Of a stretch of DNA of 64,000 bases, positions 49,410-58,442 are shown piece by piece. The position numbers and the translations under genes are program-made. The stretch is from NCBI GenBank assembly GCA_964596525.1, contig CAZQUL010000001.1:806509-870508 (forward strand), written 5' to 3'. The notes beneath the pieces are model-generated. The model made no database searches and was not told the origin of the DNA. It saw nothing but the letters and a program-made list of their open reading frames with translations. This DNA comes from an uncultured Gammaproteobacteria bacterium (GTDB lineage Bacteria > Patescibacteriota > Patescibacteriia > Magasanikbacterales > GWA2-37-8). Numbering within the stretch: position 1 is the stretch's first letter; every line of letters begins with the position of its first letter.

Positions 49410-50551
49410 AATTGGCGCACGTAACAGTTAATTTTCCACCGCACATCGGCGGTATAGGCGAGGTATGCTTCGGAGAGGCGCACGGACTTTCGGAACGCGG
49501 CCACGATGTGACCGTGTTTTCGTTACGACATGGTCCGGAAAGCCGCTCTACCACGCCTTTATCGCAGGTTAAAACCGTTTTTTTATCACCCCTTCTGCAC
49601 GGGGGTGATGCCGGTCTCGTTCCGCAACTCCTCAGCGCGCTTAAAGGTTTCGATTTAGTCCACTTGCATTATCCCTTTTATGGCGGCGCGGAGTGGGTGT
49701 ATGCGCGGAGTTTGTTTGCGAATAGCCCTTATATCGTCACGTACCACATGGATGCGCAGCCGCCGCTTGCCTGGAAACGTTCGGTACAGCGTTGGTATGA
49801 TCGTTTTTTGTCACCACGCATCATGAACCGGGCCGAGCGGGTGATAGCAGTTGATAGTAAATTTTTTGCCACTACGGATTTAGGAAAGTGTATTTCTCCA
49901 GATAAAGTAGTAGAGCTTGCCAATGCCATCGATGTAGACACGTTTTATCCGCGTGCACCTGACTGGGGGATGGTAGATCTTGAAGGGTGGGAAAACAAGA
50001 AAATCCTCTTGTTCGTAGGCAACCTCCTCGCCATCAAGCGTGTTGATTTGATTATTTCCGCTCTGCCAGGCCTGCCTCCGGATGTGGTGCTTGCTGTTGT
50101 TGGAGGTGGTGTGGCCCAGGCGCAGTACGAAGCCTTGGCGCAGCGTTTAGGGGTAGAGGATCGCGTGCGGTTCGTGGGGCCTTGCTTCAATCAAAAAAAA
50201 ATATCGTATTATTATAGTTTGGCGCATGCAGTCGTGGTGCCGTCGGACTACGAATCGTTTTCGTTGGTGACTGTTGAGGCGCAGGCTACGGGAGCAGTGG
50301 TAGTGGCGAGTGCAATTCCGAGCATTACGCACAAGATTTCACCGGGCATCGATGGTTTTTTGTTTGCTCCCGGGTCGGTAGAAAGTTTGCAAGAAGAACT
50401 ACGCAAAGCGCTTAGCCTTAGCCGTGACGAACGTCGCTCTTTTGCGCAACGTGCTCGCGGGCGTGTTGTGGAACGCTATGGCCTTGCGTATCATCTGGAT
50501 GAGCTGGAGCGTGTTTACGGTGAGGTGCTAGCCGAGATGCGCAACCGCTAA
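49406..50551 (+). CDS. family 4 glycosyltransferase
   Basis: C-terminal E-x7-E-like region SFSLVTVEAQATGAVVVAS. Start overlaps the previous stop. Confidence 0.8.
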   Translation: MKLAHVTVNFPPHIGGIGEVCFGEAHGLSERGHDVTVFSLRHGPESRSTTPLSQVKTVFLSPLLHGGDAGLVPQLLSALKGFDLVHLHYPFYGGAEWVYARSLFANSPYIVTYHMDAQPPLAWKRSVQRWYDRFLSPRIMNRAERVIAVDSKFFATTDLGKCISPDKVVELANAIDVDTFYPRAPDWGMVDLEGWENKKILLFVGNLLAIKRVDLIISALPGLPPDVVLAVVGGGVAQAQYEALAQRLGVEDRVRFVGPCFNQKKISYYYSLAHAVVVPSDYESFSLVTVEAQATGAVVVASAIPSITHKISPGIDGFLFAPGSVESLQEELRKALSLSRDERRSFAQRARGRVVERYGLAYHLDELERVYGEVLAEMRNR

Positions 50552-50554
50552 TCT

Positions 50555-51382
50555 TTGCATATGTCGTTTGATTATCAAAAAAATATTTGGGGCAGGGGGA
50601 TGGCGCGCCGTTCGTGGAGTTCGCCGACGAGCATCCGTTTGCGCCAAGCCGAAATGGCCCTTAAAGGACTCAAACCGGGCGCGCGCGTGCTCGAAGTGGG
50701 GTGTGGCGCCGGACAATTCATTCGTGCCATCAAGCACTATCACCCAGAACTTGCTTGCACCGGCACCGATATCAGCCGCGAGGCTATTGCGCTCGCCCGC
50801 CAGACGTACGACGGGGTGGCGTACGAAGTATCAGAACCGTACACATTACCTTTTGATAACGAGCGGTTCGAAGCTGTGCTTATCTTCGATGTTTTAGAGC
50901 ATGTTGATGATCCGCTGCGTTTCATGCAAGAAGTCAGCCGCGTTCTCGTCCCGGGCGGTACACTTTATGCTTTTGTGCCGTGCGAGGGTGATTCATTGTC
51001 TTTGTGGCATTATCTAACCAAACTACGCATAACACCTCGGCTTACAGAGCAGTATGCCGGGCATATCCAAGCCTTTAGCCGCACGTCACTTGCACAGCTT
51101 ATGAACGAGGCTGGTTTCCAAAAAAAACACGCGCGCTACAGCGAGCACTTACTTGGTCAGATTATCGGCGTCGTGTCATTTATCGCCACCGATCGCGCGG
51201 CCAAGGCCCGGGCAGCACAACATATCAATAACGAAGAGTATTTTTTGACGAGTAAACTACAGCAACGGTCACCGGTCGTTGTTCTTAAGCAGTTCATCAA
51301 TACCCTTATTTTTTACGAGTCATTCTTTTTGCAGTGGATTCCGTCGCCGAACGTACATGTGGTGTATACTAAAACGAAGTAG
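50555..51382 (+). CDS. class I SAM-dependent methyltransferase
   Basis: VLEVGCGAGQ motif I, DVLEHVDDP, VLVPGG. Confidence 0.75.
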   Translation: MHMSFDYQKNIWGRGMARRSWSSPTSIRLRQAEMALKGLKPGARVLEVGCGAGQFIRAIKHYHPELACTGTDISREAIALARQTYDGVAYEVSEPYTLPFDNERFEAVLIFDVLEHVDDPLRFMQEVSRVLVPGGTLYAFVPCEGDSLSLWHYLTKLRITPRLTEQYAGHIQAFSRTSLAQLMNEAGFQKKHARYSEHLLGQIIGVVSFIATDRAAKARAAQHINNEEYFLTSKLQQRSPVVVLKQFINTLIFYESFFLQWIPSPNVHVVYTKTK

Positions 51383-51418
51383 TCAGCTCATAGTTGAGAA
51401 CGACTTAATAGAATACTA

Positions 51419-53314
51419 ATGCTAGTCCATCTTTGTATGCCCAAACCATCTTCTGCGCGTGTTGTCGATCTGGCGCGTCTCGTGCGTTATTTCATTCTTA
51501 CTTCTACTACCCAGGCCGGCAGCGGGCACCCCTCATCGTCGCTCTCTGCTACAGATCTCATGACCACACTCATGTTTGGTGGCTTCTTTAGAGCAGATCT
51601 CGAGCGGCCTGACGCCATTCATAACGATCGATTGATTTTTTCCAAAGGCCACGCAGCGCCGCTTTTGTATGCGCTCTATGCCGCTGCCGGCAAAGTTTCT
51701 TCCCAGGAATTGTCTAGATTGCGTGTTTTTGGCAGCCCGCTCGAAGGTCATCCGACGCTCGCGTTTCCCTATACCGAAGCGGCCACCGGTTCGCTGGGGC
51801 AGGGATTGTCCGTGGGCGTAGGCATGGCTCTTAATGCCACTATGGAAAAATTGACGTATCGTACCTACGTGCTGCTTGGTGATAGCGAAATGGCCGAAGG
51901 TTCCGTATGGGAAGCTATGGCTGCGGCCAGTCACTACCAGCTCAGTAATCTTATCGCGGTCCTCGATGTTAACCGCCTCGGACAGCGCGGCGAGACCATG
52001 TATGGCCACCACGTTGAAGTGTATGCAGAGCGCGCTAAAGCGTTTGGTTGGGAATCAATGGTAATCGACGGCCACAATCTCGAAGAAATCGATCGGGCTT
52101 TTACGGCGGCGCAAACATCGAGCAAACCGTTCATGATTGTGGCTAGGACCCTCAAGGGCAAAGGCGTTTCATTTATTGAAAATCAAGAAGGTTGGCATGG
52201 TCGCGCGCTTAAATCCGAAGAATTGGAACGGGCATTGACAGAGATCGGGGATGTTGATGGCAGCCTTCGTGGTATCGTTGCGAGAAGCGGCGAAGAAGTG
52301 GTGAAACAATCTCCAAAATCGCGTACCAAGCTCAGCTCTGGAAACGAAGGGGTCACTTCGCTGTCGCTCGTAATGATAGACTTTAAAAATGAAAAAATTT
52401 CTACCCGTAAAGCGTATGGCATGGCGCTCGTAAATATTGGTGCCAAAAATGATAAGGTGGTCGCCTTGGATGCGGAAACGAGCAATTCGACGTTTGCTGA
52501 ACTGTTCAAAAAAGCGTTCCCCGAACGCTTCGTTGAGATGTTCATTGCCGAACAGAACATGGTCGGCACAGCACTGGGACTCTCGCGGCGCGGAAAAATC
52601 CCATTCGTCTCGACGTTCGCGGCGTTTTTCAGCCGGGCGTTCGACCAGATTCGTATGAGCCAGTACTCGGCTGCGAACATCAAGTTTGTCGGCTCTCATG
52701 CCGGCGTATCCATCGGCGAAGACGGTGCTTCGCAGATGGGGCTCGAAGATATTGCCCTGTTTAGAACCCTCCACGATTCCGTGGTTTTGTACCCGAGCGA
52801 CGCGGTTTCCACCGGGGCGTTGGTGAATCTCGCGGCCGAGCATATCGGCAACGTGTATATCCGCACGACGCGCAAAGACCTGCCGGTTTTGTATAGCGCT
52901 AAAGAAAAGTTTAAAATCGGTGGTAGTAAAGTCCTTCGTGCAAGCGGTAAAGATAAAGCAACTATCATCGGCGCAGGCATTACGCTTCACGAAGCGCTGA
53001 CTGCTCATGAAGTACTCGCTAAAAAAGGGATAGCGGTGCGAATTATTGATCTCTACAGCATTAAACCTGTCGACACAAAAACTCTTGCTCGGGCGCTTGA
53101 AGAAACCAAGGGTATTATCGTGGTCGAAGACCATTATCCCGAAGGCGGCATTGCGGAAGCTGTTCGGAGCGCGTTTCCGGAGCATAAAAAACCAATTATT
53201 TCGCTTGCTATCGGTAAATTGCCGCGTAGTGGAAAACCGGAAGAACTTTTGGCATACGAAGCGATCGATGCGAAGGCGATCGTGAAAGCGGTACAAAAAA
53301 TTCTTAAAGCATAA
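51419..53314 (+). CDS. tkt: transketolase
   Basis: 631 aa. ThDP-binding N-terminal domain (GSGHPSSSLS, GDSEMAEG) plus pyrimidine-binding and C-terminal domains. Confidence 0.9.
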   Translation: MLVHLCMPKPSSARVVDLARLVRYFILTSTTQAGSGHPSSSLSATDLMTTLMFGGFFRADLERPDAIHNDRLIFSKGHAAPLLYALYAAAGKVSSQELSRLRVFGSPLEGHPTLAFPYTEAATGSLGQGLSVGVGMALNATMEKLTYRTYVLLGDSEMAEGSVWEAMAAASHYQLSNLIAVLDVNRLGQRGETMYGHHVEVYAERAKAFGWESMVIDGHNLEEIDRAFTAAQTSSKPFMIVARTLKGKGVSFIENQEGWHGRALKSEELERALTEIGDVDGSLRGIVARSGEEVVKQSPKSRTKLSSGNEGVTSLSLVMIDFKNEKISTRKAYGMALVNIGAKNDKVVALDAETSNSTFAELFKKAFPERFVEMFIAEQNMVGTALGLSRRGKIPFVSTFAAFFSRAFDQIRMSQYSAANIKFVGSHAGVSIGEDGASQMGLEDIALFRTLHDSVVLYPSDAVSTGALVNLAAEHIGNVYIRTTRKDLPVLYSAKEKFKIGGSKVLRASGKDKATIIGAGITLHEALTAHEVLAKKGIAVRIIDLYSIKPVDTKTLARALEETKGIIVVEDHYPEGGIAEAVRSAFPEHKKPIISLAIGKLPRSGKPEELLAYEAIDAKAIVKAVQKILKA

Positions 53315-53347
53315 AGCGACGCAGGTGCGTCGCTTGGTATCTTTTTT
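53313..53347. terminator. bidirectional terminator after tkt
   Basis: AAGCGACGCA-ggt-GCGTCGCTT followed by TTTTTT. Confidence 0.65.
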
Positions 53348-53350
53348 CAT

Positions 53351-54466
53351 TCAGCTTTTGGACGTGATTTGGCGCAGTTCGCGCTTGACGGCCAGGTTGG
53401 GCTTAAGCTGGGCGAGCTTCTTAGAAATCGTTTTGGCTGCTTCTGCGGCCTGGTCGGTGCGCGCTTGATCGATTTTTTCGATCTCCGCGTCGATGTTCTC
53501 GACGAGCTCTTGGTTCTTGAGGTTCTCGGCCTCTTTCTTGAGCCTGAGAAGCGTCCGATATTCCGCGGCGTAGTCGTCCTGCGGACCGATGCTCGCGAAT
53601 CGGCGACGGAGGTTTCTGGTCCACTGTACGGGCTGGAGCGGGGTGGTAAGCACAAGCTTTATGCCCCACAAGGCGTAGGCGGTCAGGTAGCCCGGCAGCC
53701 AGAGTAGATACAGGAGCCAGCCGCCGAGGGATTGGGGTATTTGGCGGAAAGGATCAGACTGTGGATCAAAGCCTGGTTCGATTAGCCTTTTTCTCGAATC
53801 GTAATCCCAACGTTCGACTAGTCCAATGCGACCGATACCAAAATATCCTGCCGCACAACCGAGCGAGAAGAGTGTCCAGAGCAGCCAGTTCCACCAGGGA
53901 GGGATGGGAAGGTAGGGGGCAGGCTCGGGCGGTAATGAAGTAATAGTTGCGACTGATTTGTACTCCTCGGGTATTTCTTGGGAAGGGAGCGGAGTGACAT
54001 ATTCTTGTACGCCATTAAGCAATTGCCTTAGGCGTTCTGAGTTGTCGAGAGCTTTGAGCGGTTTGGCATGCTCGCAGCTTCTTCTGGTTCCGCTTTGTGA
54101 ACAGTGCAGGTATTTTTCCGACACCTTTTTAATGCTTGGCTCCTGATAGATTGAGTCAAGCGGCCAGTGGCGCACGGCGATAATCTTGGTGCTCAAGTTA
54201 TAGGTATCGGCATCACCAGGCCACTCGCGGTAGTTCGGGTCTGTCAAGCTTTTTTCAAAGTGGTGCTGCAGGACGGTTTTTTCCATGTTTTGCCGCCATG
54301 CTTGGTATGCCTCCCACACCTCTTTTTTCTCTTCCCAAGCGTCGTGTGCGGGATTGTTTAGGTATACCTTTTTGGTGATGACTGAACCCGCCCCCACCAT
54401 CATTAGTCCGCATACGAGGCCGCAGAGCGTGTTTTTCCAATACTTCGCACGTCCAATTGTGGGCAT
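53351..54466 (-). CDS. membrane protein (hypothetical)
   Basis: Trimmed to the ATG preceded by AGGAGG (MPTIGRAKYW...). N-terminal TM helix and two central Trp-rich TM helices. Confidence 0.6.
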   Translation of the reverse strand: MPTIGRAKYWKNTLCGLVCGLMMVGAGSVITKKVYLNNPAHDAWEEKKEVWEAYQAWRQNMEKTVLQHHFEKSLTDPNYREWPGDADTYNLSTKIIAVRHWPLDSIYQEPSIKKVSEKYLHCSQSGTRRSCEHAKPLKALDNSERLRQLLNGVQEYVTPLPSQEIPEEYKSVATITSLPPEPAPYLPIPPWWNWLLWTLFSLGCAAGYFGIGRIGLVERWDYDSRKRLIEPGFDPQSDPFRQIPQSLGGWLLYLLWLPGYLTAYALWGIKLVLTTPLQPVQWTRNLRRRFASIGPQDDYAAEYRTLLRLKKEAENLKNQELVENIDAEIEKIDQARTDQAAEAAKTISKKLAQLKPNLAVKRELRQITSKS

Positions 54467-54741
54467 GAAAGCCTCCTGTAGATTAAAAGGAACGACTGTT
54501 CCTCGGTTAGGGGAACAGTCAACCGTACTCTTTATGCTCAAGAAAGTCAATAAAAGCGATACGGCTAGGTATCGCTCTGATGATTTAGCGAGGAATAACG
54601 TTGTGTTCGCAGCATCCCTGTGGTCCGCACCAGAAATCGGCGGCGCAAGTTACGGTGGCTGTGCAGGCGAGCTTCTGGCAATGGCCGATAAACCGGAGGC
54701 CGTGGCGCGCGTTTGATGAGGCAGCCCGACCAATTCCACAT

Positions 54742-55068
54742 TTAACCCAAGGCAGAGTATTTTTCCATCTCTTTTTTGAACTCATCTACCGCTTTGTCAA
54801 AAAGCTGGTAGCCTTGGTTTGTGGCCTTTGTGTAAGCGGTGGCATCGGTGCCGTAAAAAATGTCCCCATTGCGCCGGCTTCCGCAACTGTGCACCGAGGC
54901 CATGAAACCCTTGCCGTGGAAACCCCGGACGTGATGGATGTCGAGGGTGAACGTGTCGTCCCGCTTTACTGCGGAATCCGCGGCATGGATAACATTGAAG
55001 TTGATCGTCGCCATTTCCGTGGAATGTGTTTCATCGCGCCAGACCCCTTCATTGCCGAAAAGTGCCAT
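54742..55068 (-). CDS. hypothetical protein (108 aa)
   Basis: Strong RBS AAGGAGGAAG directly upstream. No recognised motif. Confidence 0.55.
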   Translation of the reverse strand: MALFGNEGVWRDETHSTEMATINFNVIHAADSAVKRDDTFTLDIHHVRGFHGKGFMASVHSCGSRRNGDIFYGTDATAYTKATNQGYQLFDKAVDEFKKEMEKYSALG

Positions 55069-55246
55069 CGTCTTCCTCCTTGACCGTCATCCGGCCGTTA
55101 ACGAACTGACAGGTAAGTATATGTATTTTCTCGGAACTTGTCAACTTTAAAGACATATCTATTTACACAGGAAAGGGTGTTTATGCGAAAAAATTCTGAG
55201 CCTGCACAAAAAACAAACAACCTCGGTTAAGAGGCTGCTTGTTTTG

Positions 55247-55317
55247 TTCCGAGACTAGGATTCGAACCTAGATAACAAGATTCAGAGTCTTGTGTCCTAC
55301 CATTAGACGATCTCGGA
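55247..55317 (-). tRNA. tRNA-Gln (CTG)
   Basis: On the minus strand: acceptor TCCGAGA/TCTCGGA, anticodon stem CAAGA/TCTTG with loop CTCTGAA, T-loop GGTTCGAATCC. Confidence 0.85.
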
Positions 55318-55336
55318 TTGTAAGCTGTAAGGCAGC

Positions 55337-56011
55337 TTATTTTTTGGCGGTAAAGAGCACAGTCGGCGGACCGTCGGCTTTGCGCCGTGTGTGGTCGAAA
55401 TCATGTAAACTGTCCATGATTGTAGCATACGAATACCGATAGTCAAGCCCTTTTTCCAGTGCCGAATCATTGACGATAAACTCCTCTTTTTCGTCGTCAA
55501 AACCCACTAGCACCATGACATGAAAGTACGATCCGCCCTGGCGCCAACGGTGCTGAGGATTGTTAAGAGTATAGCCGTAATGGAAACCGATTACTGGCCG
55601 ACCGGCAGCGAGCTCTTCTTTGATATCTTCAATGGTAGGATTGCGGACGATGGTCGCGGAAAACGAGGTGTTGGCGGCGATGATTTCTTGCGTTCGCTCG
55701 GCATTGGAGTCGGCATTACCACCGTAACGCGCGTCTTGCCAGGCAAAAAGCTGGCGCATGAGCGCTTTAGCTTTTACTTTGGTGAGTTCCTCTTCGCCTT
55801 TGTACCAGGCGTCCACCATGGTGACGGCTGCTTCTTCGCATGCGTTGTTCCATGGCGCTACCCACTGACCGTCCGGAACTTCGGGTGTAAACGGCACCTC
55901 GAGGTTGGCGGACGTCGTGGTTGGGGTGGGGGAAGAGAGGTGGACCTCGAAGGGGATAAAACCGGCCTGGGCAGCCAGAAGGAGCCCAATCGCGGAAAGA
56001 ATAGAAGGCAT
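55337..56011 (-). CDS. secreted papain-like (peptidase C39-like) domain protein
   Basis: Signal peptide. APWNNACEEAAVTMV (Cys nucleophile region) and the later GYTLNNPQHRW...H pattern resemble the Peptidase_C39_2 fold. Confidence 0.55.
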   Translation of the reverse strand: MPSILSAIGLLLAAQAGFIPFEVHLSSPTPTTTSANLEVPFTPEVPDGQWVAPWNNACEEAAVTMVDAWYKGEEELTKVKAKALMRQLFAWQDARYGGNADSNAERTQEIIAANTSFSATIVRNPTIEDIKEELAAGRPVIGFHYGYTLNNPQHRWRQGGSYFHVMVLVGFDDEKEEFIVNDSALEKGLDYRYSYATIMDSLHDFDHTRRKADGPPTVLFTAKK

Positions 56012-56014
56012 AGA

Positions 56015-57652
56015 TTACGAGACTACAGCCCCGCCGAAAGCGGCTGCCAGATCTTCCGCGTTCAGGCCGGGTGAAACGTGTTCGGTTGGGGCTTTGGAAG
56101 TTCCAGGTACATGTTCGGCGCTGAAGTGAAAGCGGCCGCCGTAGCGCTGCTCAAGGACACTTTCAATGAGTTTTTTATTTTTGGTTTCATTGAGTTTTTC
56201 GGCGTGGAAAGCGTACGCGACGTTCAAAGTGAAACTCGGGCCGGAGAGTTCTTTGGGAGCAGCCATGTTGAGAATAAAGGTGAGCGACGGACTCTCCAGG
56301 CCAATCGTTTTGACGATCTCTTTCCAGTCGCGCTGGATGGCTTCGAGCGTAGCTGTTGAGGGTCCGGTATCAGTAGAGGCAGTAGGGGGAATTGTTGATG
56401 TTGGAGTAGAAGGAGACGAAGTTGCTGTAGGTGCGGATGGTGTTGAAATTGGCGTAGCAGGTCCGGTAAAAGGTTTTTCGGCCGGTTTTGTTCCTGGTAC
56501 GGTTTGAGGGGTAGGACGCGCGGCTCCGGTCGATGGCAGAGTTTGAAGTTGGATTTTTGGTCTCTGAACATACTCCACGGCCAGAAGTTCAAGCGGCAAT
56601 TCGGGAATGGGTGATGTTTTGATCTGGAGTCGCCGTTCCAGTAGTCGATCGACGAGAAGGAGTACCTCGTCAACGGTAAAGAGTTCGAGTGCCTTTTCCA
56701 GGCGGGCAATGGTCTCCTCGTCGAACGTGCCGTTCCAGTTCTTGGTTTCTTTGGTGATTTTGGCGGTGAGAATGGTGCGGGCGATATCAATGAGCTGTAC
56801 GGCAAAATAATCGATATTAAGACCATTGGTCACGAGTCCGGCCAGATAGCTGATCGCAGCTTCGGGGGTCTTTTTTCCCACATGTTCGATGAAAGTGAGG
56901 ACCGCTTCGGTGGTGAGAGGTGGAAGAACGGTTTCTACATCCGCGGTAGTAACCGCACCGTCGTGCGCGAGGGTTAAAATTTGCCCCAGCATGCTTTCGG
57001 CGTCGCGCAAGCCGCCTTCGCATTTGATGATGAGCCGGTCAAGAACGGCATCTTCCACCTTTACTCCTTCTTCGGCGATGAGTTTGTGCAGGCGTTCTTT
57101 GATGGCTCCTGGCTTGATTTTCTTGAACGTGAACCGCTGGCAGCGGGAGAGAATGGTGGCGGGAAGCTTGTGGAGTTCGGTTGTTGCGAGAATGAAGAGC
57201 GCGTGGGCGGGTGGCTCCTCGAGCGTTTTAAGGAGGGCGTTGAAGGCACTTGTCGAGAGCATGTGCACTTCGTCGATGATAAAGATTTTGTAGGGCGAGC
57301 GGGTCGGCTTGAACTGCGCGTTGTCGATGATATGTTCGCGTACGTTATCGACACCGGTATGCGAGGCTGCATCGATTTCAATCACGTCCACGCTGCGCTG
57401 CGCAGTAATTTCTTGGCAGGAGGTGCAGGTATTGCAGGGTTCAAAACTGTCTTTGGCCCGGTTTTGGCAGTTGATGGCTTTGGCAAAGAGACGAGCGGTA
57501 GAAGTTTTGCCCGTGCCACGCGGGCCGGAAAATAGGTAAGCATGACCCAGGCGGTTAAGAAGAAGTTCGTTGGTGAGGGTCTGGCGGATATCATCTTGGC
57601 CGACCAGATCGGCAAATCGTTGTGGGCGGTATTTGCGGTAAAGCGTGGTCAT
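56015..57652 (-). CDS. dnaX: DNA polymerase III gamma/tau subunit
   Basis: GPRGTGKTSTARLFAKAINCQN, zinc module CNTCTSC, 545 aa. Confidence 0.9.
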   Translation of the reverse strand: MTTLYRKYRPQRFADLVGQDDIRQTLTNELLLNRLGHAYLFSGPRGTGKTSTARLFAKAINCQNRAKDSFEPCNTCTSCQEITAQRSVDVIEIDAASHTGVDNVREHIIDNAQFKPTRSPYKIFIIDEVHMLSTSAFNALLKTLEEPPAHALFILATTELHKLPATILSRCQRFTFKKIKPGAIKERLHKLIAEEGVKVEDAVLDRLIIKCEGGLRDAESMLGQILTLAHDGAVTTADVETVLPPLTTEAVLTFIEHVGKKTPEAAISYLAGLVTNGLNIDYFAVQLIDIARTILTAKITKETKNWNGTFDEETIARLEKALELFTVDEVLLLVDRLLERRLQIKTSPIPELPLELLAVEYVQRPKIQLQTLPSTGAARPTPQTVPGTKPAEKPFTGPATPISTPSAPTATSSPSTPTSTIPPTASTDTGPSTATLEAIQRDWKEIVKTIGLESPSLTFILNMAAPKELSGPSFTLNVAYAFHAEKLNETKNKKLIESVLEQRYGGRFHFSAEHVPGTSKAPTEHVSPGLNAEDLAAAFGGAVVS

Positions 57653-57822
57653 AGACGAAAAAGTGGGTAAGACTCTTGGGCTATTGTAGCCAGAAATACG
57701 ATGCCTGACAAATCGTTCTCAATGTTGTTTTCGAAACCTTTTACGGAGGCTGTGGAGGAAAATTGACAGGTTTTATGGTATGTGATACATAGTATGTGAA
57801 ACCTTCCAGAGAGAGGTGTGCG

Positions 57823-58359
57823 ATGAACAGGATGAGTTTCTCGTGGTTGTGCGGCGTGGCACTGCTTGCCGCTTGCGCTGTTTCCCAAGAAAACGTCGTG
57901 CCGAGCGCTGCGGTTTCCGTTGTCGAATCCGTGGCCACATCAGAAAAGGAGATTTTCGCCCGAGCGCGCCCGATACCGACCAATCTACCATCCGTTACGG
58001 CGTATGATTCCGCGATCCTGCGGGTTGTTACTCAGCCGGTTGATATTCTTCTGCCCCCGTACGATGTGGGCGAAGAAGATAAAAGTCCTACTATTACCCG
58101 CAAACCCGCCACGCAGATTGAAGTTGCCTGCGTGAAGGCGCACCGGCTCGATTGGCAACAAGAACGCGGCGATGCGTTCTCCATCGGCATCCTCTGTGAT
58201 GAGGTGCCGGTTGCCATCATCAGGAATCGAGGGCGGGGAAATGCCCTCACCGTGCTTGGTCGCTATATCGAACCCGAGGGCAATCGTCTGAAGATGTACT
58301 ACGCGAGCCATGAAGGCGTCGATGTTATTGCGTGCCTCAATCCGCGTTCTTGCCACTAG
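57823..58359 (+). CDS. lipoprotein (hypothetical)
   Basis: RBS GAGAGAGGTG and lipobox LLAAC. Confidence 0.55.
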   Translation: MNRMSFSWLCGVALLAACAVSQENVVPSAAVSVVESVATSEKEIFARARPIPTNLPSVTAYDSAILRVVTQPVDILLPPYDVGEEDKSPTITRKPATQIEVACVKAHRLDWQQERGDAFSIGILCDEVPVAIIRNRGRGNALTVLGRYIEPEGNRLKMYYASHEGVDVIACLNPRSCH

Positions 58360-58380
58360 CCCTTTTTATCTCCATCTCTA

Positions 58381-58442
58381 AGCCTTTCTATGGAAAGGCT
58401 TTATACAAAACACCCTGACCGAATGATCAGGGTGTTTTGTTT
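58381..58442. terminator. tandem hairpins between convergent genes
   Basis: AAGCCTTTC-tatg-GAAAGGCTT, then AACACCCTGA-ccgaatga-TCAGGGTGTTTTGTTTTT. Confidence 0.65.

Noticed and set aside
52169-53350. 393-aa minus-strand ORF
   Set aside because: Lies entirely antisense to transketolase, and the transketolase identity is unambiguous.
54585-54785. 66-aa Cys-rich minus-strand ORF
   Set aside because: No RBS, overlaps the 3' end of the 108-aa gene in another frame, and lies in its 3' UTR.
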